In this document: positions 36,201 to 48,200 of the stretch, piece by piece | Layout: the number at the start of each line of letters is the position of its first letter | Position numbering within the stretch: the first letter of the stretch is position 1 | Made by a program: the position numbers and the translations under genes | Notes under the pieces: generated by a model | Database searches by the model: none | Told to the model about the DNA's origin: nothing | Seen by the model: only the letters and a program-made list of their open reading frames with translations | NCBI RefSeq assembly: GCF_018977255.1 | Contig: NW_024704743.1 | Span: forward strand, 24,740,001 to 24,804,000 | DNA: 64,000 bases | DNA from: Callorhinchus milii | Lineage: Eukaryota | Direction of reading: 5' to 3'

Positions 36201-39200
36201 TTCACAGAATATACTGTAAAGTGAATTGACTGTATTATGTGGTCAAAACACAGCAGCCAATTGCACACAGCAGTGTCCCACAAACTGTCGTGGATTAAGT
36301 GACCAAATTATTATTTTGTTTAGAAGGGATTATTATCCCTGGAAAAGCGATTCACCATTCGACTAACAACAACAAGATTACATTTGTATAGCGCCTTTCA
36401 CATCAAGAGGATGTCCCAAGGCACTGGACAATTACTGTTTCGGATGCGAGCTGGGGGTCGGGATTGGGGAGGATGAAAGGTATAAAAGGAGGGTGATCGA
36501 AGGCATGGTCGAAGAGGAGGCTCTTGAGATGGGTCTTGAAGGAGGCAACGGAGGGGTAAGGCGGAGGGATTGCGGGATGGCATTTCAGAGGGTGGGGGCA
36601 AAGTGGCAGAAGGCCTGCCAATGGTGGGGCGGGTGAGGCAAGGGACGTGAAGCAGGCTGGAGCCTGCTGAGCAGAAAGAGCCGGCAGATTGGTAAGGGTT
36701 AGGAGTTCGCAGAGGTAGGGAGGAGCAGGGCCATGGAGGGCTTTGAAGGTGTGAACCAGGATCTTGAACTGTATCCTCTATGTGGAGGTGATACGGTCAC
36801 AGAGCCTGAGGAGGGAGAGGAAGGCAGAGCGGGACATGGCATGGATGTGGGGGAGGAAGGATAGTTGACGGTCAAACAAAATGCCAACGTTTTGGACTGG
36901 CTTAGTAAGGTGGAGTGTGCCTAACAACCGGGTGGAGTGTGGACTAACAACTGGGTTCCTACTTATTGCTAGATAAATAGAGGCGTGTGGCGTAAGGAAA
37001 CTTCACCAACATTTCGCCCTGCCGGTAATTGAACCCAGGTCCTCTTGCTTGTGAGGCGAGTGCTCTAACCATTAAGCTACAGGACCACCAATACTTGAAA
37101 TGATCAATTATTTTCAAGTTTGTTGTTCCGGAAAATATTCTGCGATGTGAGAAATGGTACACGACTCTGTCTAGAACACCATACCTGTACAGAAAGTACA
37201 CGATTGGATTCTGCGTAACCGCTCTCGTGCCTCTTGCTGCTGTCTTGGCAAAACAACCACTTGAAAGGTTTTTGTGTCATCGACCTTCACAGGAAAAATA
37301 GAAAATAGATTAAACATAGAACCAAACATTTGTTGGAAGATTTTTATAATCCAATTTTGAATCTCAGATTCCTAAAGTGTGTCACTCTCTCCTTTCTTTT
37401 CTCATTTCACAACAGCGAACAGCTGAGTGGGGAAAACTGTCTTTATCCTACCTGCACTGACAGCCTGCCCATGTACTGCATCATTGCCTAGCACAAACTC
37501 CATCCAGTTCAAAGAATTAAGAGGAGCGTACAAAAAACAAATTAGAATGGACGAAAGGTTGCGTCTGACAATACAGTCAGCAAAGTCTCTGTGACCCTCA
37601 ACAACCATACCTAAAAGGATAGAGGACCTGAAAAGGGGTTGATCATTGGAACCAGCAATTTGTCACTTTATAGTCACTACAAGATAAAGACCAAAAGTGG
37701 GTTGTTGTTTCTTAAAAGAACATTCTTAGAATTTCAACTGGAAACAGAACATATCAAAATATGGAGTTTACTTACCTCAAAAGCGCGCTGAACTTCAGGG
37801 ATGTTATTGAACGAAATGACAACTGGTGTAATGTCCAAAGCGCTGAACTCCAGAGCTGCTGTAGAAATGGTTGAGGTTTCTTGAGATGGCCCATTTGCGA
37901 GAAAGACAGCAATTTTCTTCACAAGAATGCCCCCACGAATGCGCTTTAAAGTATTTCGTGCAACAAACCTCATGGCAGCACCAATATTCCGCCTGTTGGT
38001 TGACCGCTCATAAGATAGGTTTTGTATTTCTTCTAGCAGCTTTTTCTTTCGGTTAAAGTCTGAAAAGCGGATAAATGTTTTTGTTGTAGAACTGTACGTG
38101 AGGACAGCCACCCGAGCCCCGTTAGGGCAATTGCTCTCAGAGATTTTAAGATCCTGGAGAAAATTAACCACAATGCCCTTCATTCTGTCAAATGCAGCTT
38201 GTGTGACATCCGCTGACATGTCCAGAGCGAACACCAGCTCGGTGGGATACACAGGACACTCGTTTCTTCCTGACACAAATGCACAGAAGTAGTTTAGAAT
38301 CATTTATCGGAACAACAATGAGACAGATATAAAGGCTTGGCTTTAGCAAGGCAAACTTACAAGAGAAATAAAAAAAATACAAGTACTTACCTGATGAACA
38401 ACAGGCTGCAAAGAAAGCAAAAATAAACATAAAATAATAAATATATCTTCAGATCATTGTGGTTAGAAGAAAAAATGCAGACATTAAATCTTGGAATGTC
38501 CTTGGGCTTATTACCCAGGCTAATAATTTCTCCATTCACCACAAAATTGGTTTCATCTGACCTAGATCATGCCTGCCATAGGAATATATAACGGAGAACT
38601 CTGCAGCAAAATGCCATGTATTTGATGCAGTACAGGATCATACAGTGTAGTACAATGCAGTACTGTCATACAGTTAATAACGGTAAACCTTGCCTCTGAT
38701 CTCGCACCTTTCAAATCAAGAGGACATTTCAAAGCGCTTCACAGGATATACTGTGGAGTGGAGTGACTGTGCATGTTGTGCGTTAATATTCCAGCCAATT
38801 TAAGACAGAGAAAGTGAGAGAGAGGGAAAGAGCCAGAGAAGAGTTAGAGAGCGGGTTAGAGAAAGAGTGAAATGTTGGCACAATGTGATATCATGATAAC
38901 CACAGAGAATACTTTAAATTGTGTTTTACAATTTGGAGAACATTATCACTATTGGAGTCATTTTAATGTTCCATAATTTCTTTTAACTATTCTATAATTA
39001 CTATATAACATTTTTTTTACTCTTTTACTCAAATAATCTATGAAAATTGGGAAAGAGGTTGCCTTATAATTGAGGTCACCCTGTATTTGGAATAATACAG
39101 CACATACAGAATATACAGTCAATACACTTTGTAGCATATTCTGTGAAGCGCTTTGAGATGTCTTGAAGACGTGATAAGGCGCTATATCAAATACAAGGAT

Positions 39201-42200
39201 TATTATTATTATATATCCCAAAGCATAACAGGCTGAAACACATCAGAGTTCTTGAAGATGCTAATAAAGGCTCCAGTAATGTCACCTACACACTTCAATT
39301 TGTTACAAGGAGGAATGAACCACAAACTGTTTGTTATCCTCTTAGTACTCTATCATATCTTCTACTTTTATATTATACTGTAAAGCACTTAGCCACTGAA
39401 GTGGAACTAAGGACAGCTGCAAAGTAATTAAGGTATGTATAGTTTTAATAAATTACTTACGGCAATTATCTCGAACATATGATATAAGTTCACATGACTG
39501 GAACAGAAAAACAGAGAAGTAAAGATTGGGTAACAGAGATTAAATTAGGTTTTAGCATGAAATCATTATACTTATATTTGCACTGAAACTACATACTTTC
39601 ATAGATATAGTTCCTGATGGTCCTTTAGGGCCCTGGAATAAGGAAATAAAAAGTCAGTTAGGTACTTGTTTTTCATTTTTCTATATAGTGGATGTTAATG
39701 CAAAAACAAAAGGCAATGAAAAAATGGGCTGATACATATATTAACAGTAATTATCATAATAAATGCCATAGAATATGGTGGGCCATTGCAAGTATATAAC
39801 ATGTAAACAAATTCCAATTGCCTAATTGCAGTACTCACTATATACTACTTCTATTGAACAGTCTCAGTAATTATTTGGAAAATAGACCTGGCAAATGAAT
39901 CCCCTGAGGATTGACTTCTATTTGTAGAAGCTGGAGCTCATAATTTCTGAACTCTAGATTCTGCGTGCGCAAAACTGAGGCCCTCCTGATTGGCTCGCGT
40001 CAGCTCCTCCGCACCTCAGGCGCTGATGGCATCAGCATCCAAGACTGCACTCTCCACCTCTCAAAGCCAGTCAGGAACCTCAGGGTTCTGTTCGACCCTG
40101 AGCTGTCCTTTCTTCCTCATATCCGCGTCACAACTGGCACCGCCTGCCATCACCTCCGAAACATCGCCAGACTCTACCTCACCCCTCACGCTGCTGAAAC
40201 TCTGGTCCACACCTTTATCACCTCAAGGCTGGACTACGGGAACTCTCTCCTCGCCGGCCTTCCCGCCACCTCCCTCCACAAGCTGCAGGTCATTCAGAAC
40301 TCTGCAGCTCGTGTACTGTCCCGCACCAGGCTTCGGGACCACATCACTCCCACCCTCGCTCACCTCCACTGGCTCCCCATCCTCCAGAGGATCGAATTCA
40401 AGATCCTCATCCTCACCTACAAGGCCATTCACGGCCTTGCTCCCTCCTACCTCTCCGACCTACTATCCCCCTACCTACCTGCCCGTACCCTCCGTTCCTC
40501 TGGCTCCGGTCTGCTCCACATCTCCCGCCCCAACCGCCCTACTATCGGTGGTCGGGCCTTCAGCCTCTCAGCCCCGAGGCTCTGGAACTCCATCCCCCAG
40601 TGCCTTCGCCGCCTCCTCCCTTTCCTCCTTCAAGGCCGGTCTCAAGACCTTTCTCTTTGACCGAGCCTTCAGCTCCCCTCTCGACTCTCTACCCCCTCCT
40701 CGCTCCCTCCCTTCCCTTCCGTCCCCTCACCCTGACCATTTCCCCCCTGCTCGGGTCCTGACCCAACTGTCCAGTGCCTTGGGACGTCCTCCCGACGTGA
40801 AAGGTGCTCTATAAATCGAATCTTGTCGTTGCTGTGCACCTATGAGTTAACACGCATAATGAAACATAATAACTTTAGTTGATTGCTTAGCTTTCATACT
40901 CTGAAAGGAAATAATGCTATTCATCTTTGGCCACGCAACAGTAAGTGGTCATTACTCACCAGGTATTTTTGTGGGTCGAACAGTAAAACAGAGTTTGTCC
41001 TGTATAAAACTGAATAAATCTGCATGTAGATCTATTTACAAATCACTCTTATTCCATCCTTCTCAATCACACGAGCATTCTTACTTATTGCGAATGTTTG
41101 TATTATACTGTTCATTTTACTTTTCCCATCATTCTATATTTTAATTTCTAAAAAGTTAGGTTTCATTTTATTTCATAGATTTATGAGGATAAAAATATTC
41201 TCTTGGTCTATAAACCTTACAAAATATGAAAAAATATGGAAAAAAATGAAAAATGAAAAAAATGAAAATGAAAATGAAAAATATCAGCTTAAGAAAACAC
41301 TCCAAAATAATTTTAGAGACAAATGTGCTTTGTTTTGTGAAAACAAAACAGAATGTCTATTTTGCTGCACGGCTGTTATAATTAAGTCTTAGTTTGGACT
41401 GTTGCTTTGCTTTAGGTTTCCATTAATGAAATCCTTTCCTCTAAACCCAAGTATGATCATATTTTTACACAGAATATAAATAGTCGCGGAGTAAAAATAA
41501 GCATATCACGAGAAATGTTTTGCAAAACATATAATTTTCTACCTCCATGGTACAGTATACATACCCTGGTTCCTAAAGCTCCAGCATCTCCTGGGTTACC
41601 TATATTACCAGAAGTGCCCGCATCACCCTAAAATGGCAGAAATAGCATACCATGAAATTCAGAAATGCATTCTGTTTTTTCAACTACTCATACTGATACC
41701 AACACTAACACATGTTTTCAAATTAAGATTAGCACCATTATTGTTAATGGCACTACACCAAATGCAAGTATTATTATTAATAATTATCTTTGTATTTGGT
41801 ATAGCACTTTCACAGGATGTACTGCAAAGTGTAGTGACTGTGTGTTTTACGTTGTTAATAAGGAACATTTAACAATGCCGCCAGTTAACTTTCAAACTGT
41901 TTACTCTTTTGTACAATACAATAGATGTAATGGGAATTATATGAGACACAGTTCATTGCACAGGTAACATAAACTTCATAAGCAAGTTAGTTGGAAATAC
42001 CTCAGAACTCCACTGAGTGAGGTGCATTTTATGTACAACAAAGTAATAACCTAAGCTGGGTTCTCTCATGGAATAATCATCATAAGCCACTTGTATGTTC
42101 TATTTTTACAATGTGTAAGATTCTACAGGTTTTATTTTTAATTAATGTGCAAAATATAGCAGGGAGACACTCGAATTAAAGGCAACTAGTTCTTGCTCCT

Positions 42201-45200
42201 TCAACAATTCAAGGTAGTCTTAGACGTGAAGTTACTCTACAGTTATTTTACCAATGTTAAAGACACTTCACATCGGGTATAAATGTGCTTGTACCACAGA
42301 AGTTGGGGCAGGATATTATAACTATTATTATGTAGAGCAAAATTACTATTTCTTTCTTTGTGATATCACAGATTATCCTGCAAATTTTCTCCCTGCGTTA
42401 CCAATCGTCTGTTTGTGTGATTTGATTGGATTCTTTAAAAACTGCAGGGATTTTCTAAACGGTAAATGTGGGCCATAAATTGTTGAATTTCACATGTCAG
42501 AATGAAATAAAAAGTTAGGGAGTCTAAACTACATCACTGCATTAATGTGATGATCTTTAAAAATAGTGGAAAACTTTACACTGGGATCTCCCATGAAATA
42601 CACATTTGTTTGGGACGCTGCAGTGATCTGTTGTCCTCTTTGTGATCATGGTTTAAAGTGGGAACAATGTTCTCTAAAATTCAAAGTAGTTTTTTTTGTT
42701 AGGAATATTGGACAACAGGAACAGGAGAAGGCCATTCAGACCATCAAGCCTGTTCCACCAGGTTTTGTCAGATCTCTTAATCCCAATAACCTTCCCTTTC
42801 GCCAGGCCCCTTAATACTTCTATTACCCAAATATCTGTTCTGTTACAGATTTAGAGGTTGAGAGAAGAAATCATTTATTTTTTAAAGTAATAAATTTTTT
42901 TTTAAAACATATGAAAGATTTTACCCTGCGTCCTCTTGCTCCTTTGGATCCGTCTTCGCCAGAAGTACCGGGTTCACCATCCAGTCCCTAAAGGTACAAA
43001 ATATAAGTTAATGTAGAGAGATAATGTGAGACTTTCTTTGACACAGAGCTTAAAACAGGCAAGCAACAAAAGAGAAGCATGTCTTTTTTTTTAATAAATG
43101 TAACAGTACCTGTGCACCAGGATAGCCAGGAAATCCTTGTAATCCCTGAATCACAAAATGACAAAATAAATTAGCCTCATCTTCTTATCTGTTGGGAACA
43201 TTGGTGGCTGAAAAAATAGTTTTGCAATGGGATTTACTGAGACCAACCCGGTCGCTAATGGGAATCTTGCCACTCTGTGGCAGCATGTTATGGAGACCTT
43301 ATTTCTAGGCACCAGAGATGTCGTCTGATGCAATTCCAATTACCAACACGTCCAGGAATAGGAAAACGTTTCCAAAATTCATTCATTTTTTTCTCATTCC
43401 AGTAATGTGCAATGTCTTTTCATTCAAATACACTGTCCTTTCAGTTGAATCTGGTAATAGTTTTGACTAGGTTTTTTACAGCAAAATTTTAAAGACAAGT
43501 GACGGTACAAAATCTCAGAAATCATTTTCTGAATTCCACCCGCACCAATCCTCCAAACCCTCACCTAAAGTTTATTTGAAGCTTCATGATGAAGCATTAT
43601 AAAAATATTATTTATATCGACAGATAAATTACATTCATTATATTTTAGAATGCGATAGAGAATTCTGTAATGAAGCAATCTTTCATTGTAAACACATTGA
43701 AACCTATATCATGAAAATGATTGTTATATTTATTTTGAAAGTACAATTTCAAAATTTGCGGACAGAACCAAATGGGTGGCGGGGGTGGTAGTTAATACTG
43801 AGAAGGACTGCAACAAATTACAAGACATTTATAACCTTGCTGAATGGGCATTTAATTGGTAAATGAATTTCGATATAGATAAGTGTCAGGTGGTACATTT
43901 TGGTAGGAGGAATAAGGAGGTCACATCCTGCCTGGAAATTAAGAATCTAAATGGGGTGGAGGAGCAAAGGGATCTAGGGGTACATATACACAAATCGCTA
44001 AAAAAAGCAAACCAAGTTTCATTTCTAGAGGGATAGAACTTATATCGAACCTTGGTTAGACTACACTTGGACTACTGTGTACAGTTCTGGTCCCTACATT
44101 AAAGAAAGGATATAGAGGCACTGGAGAAGGTGCAAAGGAGATTTACAAGGATGATACTGGAACAGCGAGGTTGTACCTATCAAGAAAGGCTGAACATGCT
44201 TGGACTCTTTTCTCTTGAGAAAAGGGTGAGGGGTGACCTAATAGAGATCTTTAAAATTATGAAAGGTTTTAATAGGGTAGACAAAGAGAAGATGTTTTCA
44301 CTTGTGGGGCAGACCAAAACCAGGAGCCATACATATAAAATAGTCACCAATAAATCAAATAGGGATGTCAGAAGAAACTTCTTTACCAAGAGAGTGGTGG
44401 AAATGTGGAACTTGCTACTACAAGGCATAGTTGAGGCGAATTGCAGAGATACATTTAAGGGGAAGTTAGATAAGTACATGAGGGAGAAAGAAATAGAAGA
44501 TTATGCTGATAGGCTTAATTGAGGAAGGGCAGGAGGAAGCATATGGAGCATAAACACAGACATAGACCAGTTGGGCCAAATGACCTGTTTCTGTGCTGTA
44601 TATTCTGTGTAATTCTACGTAATATAAATACGATGATATATCATACACAAACTCATTATTGTCACATTTACAAATATTCAGAAAAAATACTTATTTTACA
44701 TATGTATTTTAACTTATATTAGAGCACTTCTATGTGTGGGACATTACAGTATCTAATGCATAGTCATTACAGTGTTTGATTATTATTTAGTTATTGAGAC
44801 AATAGCCAAGATGTAAAGCTACAACAATAAACTCTGATTTGTTACCTTTTCTCCTTTTGACCCTGGTTGACCAGCAATATCATTGCCATCCAACCCCTGT
44901 GGTAATTTAAGACATTTATAAAAATATATAAATTGTTAAACGGAGATGAAATAGCATAATGTTATGAAAGTTTACATCACTGGTAGTGTGCATTATATTG
45001 CTAAAACCAACAAAATGTGTATCTAATGGAGCTATGGCAATTTCTTTGATTTCATTATCCTACACTACTAACCTTGAAAGGTTTCCTCCCGTCCAACACA
45101 CAAACACACTCTGTGAGAGTTATTAGTCAATACCTGTATTTCCACCCTTTCTTTCATACACCTCTACACACACCCCTTCACACACACACATACACACGTG

Positions 45201-48200
45201 CAGGCACCCACATACACTTGCTGCACACGCTTGCACACAGATGATTATACATCTAACCTCCTCCATATACAGCTTCTCTTTTATGTGAAACTCTGAAAAC
45301 AAGCACCCAAATGTGATCAATCTAATCTAATGTAATCTAATAAACCATAATCAAAAGGCCATTAAGGCAATCAAACTCCTTCCCTATATCTACAGGATGT
45401 GAATTTAATCAAAGATCTTAATCTCCTGAGCCAAGTTCTTACTAGCGCCGCCCACCCTCACCAAGAAGGGAAATCAAACAAAAAAGGTTCATTAAATACA
45501 CAAATATAACTTGATAAAAAGCTATTGTGGGCAATTCACAAACTAAAGAGCGTTAAGGACTAACCATCAATCCACGGGGTCCTAATGGTCCAGGATTTCC
45601 TCTGTTACCCGAGACTCCAGATTCACCCTGTCACATAGTTTTCGAGTGAATGAGTGACAGATTATATACAAAACTGATTTTCTAGACACATGGGGAAAAT
45701 TAAGTTATGCATCATCTTTTGGCGATGTGCACTGACACTTTGTCAAACACCTTTTGGAAGTCTTGATATGCAGTGAAATTCAGTTAATTGTATATCAGAT
45801 AATCTCTGCTCGCCAGATTTCTCACCTCTTCTCTCCACAAGCTGCGGATTATTCAGAACTCTGCAGCACGCGTCCTCTCCTGCACCAGGCTCCATGAACC
45901 GATCACTCCGTCCTGGCTTGACTTCACTGGCTCCCCATCCCCCAGAGGATCGAATTTAAGATCCATATCCTATCTTTTAAATCCTTTCACGATCTTTGCC
46001 CTCCCTACCTCTACCCTTCCCTATCATCCACACAATTATTACATCTAGGCTGGACTACGCCAACTCCCTGCTTGTCGACCTTCCCAATTCTTCCCTCCAC
46101 AAGCAGCAGACCATCCAGAACTCTGCAGCTCATGTCCTCTCCTGCACGAGGCTCTGTGATCCTATCACCACCACCCAGCTCCACTGGTTCCCCAGCCCCC
46201 AGAGGAGGGAGTTCAAAATCCTCACCTTCAAGGCCCTCCACGGCCTTGCTCCTTCCTACCTCAGTGATCTGTCCTATCAACTTGTAAAAAAAGAGTCATA
46301 TCAACCTGTTGGCCTCAAACTATTGACAACAGCAATAATTGTGAATATAAAATGAAGATAACTGATGAGAACAAGATGGATTCACAAACGGAAGGTGATA
46401 TTTTACACTACGCTTCCAGTGTCTATTGTGTCTGGCTGTAATACTGCAAACACCTGGACGATTTTGCTGTTTCCGTACTACAATTGTCAGTTGCAGTATT
46501 TTTAAAATAAAAGTCACATAGTTAAAAAAAAGTTCGGAAACTGCTTATGATTTTATCCTCTTTCACCTGAATTGCTTCATAATCCCATGCTTCAATAAAG
46601 TTGTGCTCTATAAGCATAAGAACAATAGATATAAGAAATTGTCTGACTGACCTTTTGTCCCTTGAGTCCATTGTTCCCTTTGGATCCTTTAAAAGCTTGC
46701 AGTCCAGGGGGACCCTGCAACATAAATATATTACAATAATAATAATAATCCTTGCATTTGATAAAGCACCTTATCACGTCTTGGAGACGTCTCAAAGCGC
46801 TTCACAGAATGTACTGTAAAGTGAATTCACTGTATATTTTGTGGGTGAAACGCAGAATGAAATAATTGTTGGATAATGGTGTGATCCAACATGCTGGAAC
46901 TCCATTTTACTATTACACAGAATACCAGGAAATGGGTTCACGTCTACAGTTCCAGTTCCAACTACGCCACAAAAGGCAGAAAGTTGAGGCTTGCTCTTGT
47001 TGCTCTTTCATTGTCTCATAACAGTTTCATTGTTGGACTTAAAAGACCTTTCCCCTCCCCTGATGCCATTTTTGTTTTGTTTTGTGCACAAAGTGGGCCA
47101 TGCATGATCTGCACATCAAGGTTCATGACTGTTCAACCCACATGGCGATAAATATCTCACAATTACCTACGATGTGCACTGCCAAGCTTACTATTGTTTT
47201 TATTCATTAATCTCCACTGTTATCTTTCCACAAGAATTCTCTTCATAATACTTGGCTCATTTTGAAGGCTGCTAAGTTCCTGGAATGGAAAATTCCTCCT
47301 TCCTCTTCTATAGTCACTTAACAATTAATCTTAACTGTTTCAGAACTTATGTAGCCAAAGTCTTCTTTCACCAGGCAACAAGGGTTGTTGGCTGAATTGC
47401 CTTGAAGATTTTAGAAACCCTTAACCCCACTCCTTTCAGCTATGAATTCTGTAAAATTCAAAATACTTTTACTTGCATCAAATGTTTACTTACTTTGTGG
47501 TGACAAATTTCAGACGGATTTACAAAGGATTATTAAACACTGCATCCTGTAATTAGATAGTTCTCTCACATTTACCTGAAGGTATCTGATTCGGGGCCCA
47601 CTGGAGCAGAGTTCCTGCTGGTAGATGTTACTAGCAGGATTCTATATTTGCAAATCCTTCACGAAGGATATCCCAGTGGGATATGCAAAGGATAAGTGGA
47701 TTATAAATCTCTTGAACTAAAAATTAACAGGATTCTCATTTTATTTTCTCACATGTCTGAAGGCTCTATTTCCTATAGATGTTTTCTGTCGCAATCTGGT
47801 TTTGCAGTTACACCTAGTATTAGTAGACCATGGACATAAGTGTTTGTGAAAGTAAAGCTATTTGTTTGGAACAGGTAAACTCTATTGGTGAGCAACCACT
47901 TTTCAGGGCAAATCGTCACCCAAGATTCTGAACAGAAATTTCTAAACTTTATAACCAGTGAACTTTGATTAGCTATCACGTTCAGGTTCAAAATAGGCGA
48001 TTATCAAAACAATATGAAAGAACTGGGTTTGGGGTGAGATGAAACAGTGATGGATTGTTTCACTCCTCCTCCTCCCAAACTTACAATAATATGAATAAAC
48101 TTTTTTTTGCCTATAAATGTAAATCAGCTCAAGGCAATCCCTCATTTGGATATTCATAGAATTATGATAGGCTGCACATATTCACAGCAGTATGGTGAGG

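Noticed and set aside
47576..47640. Donor-like CAG|GTAAAT with an upstream AG, a possible extra helix exon
   Set aside because: No Gly-X-Y frame, and the helix exon series is already continuous without it.
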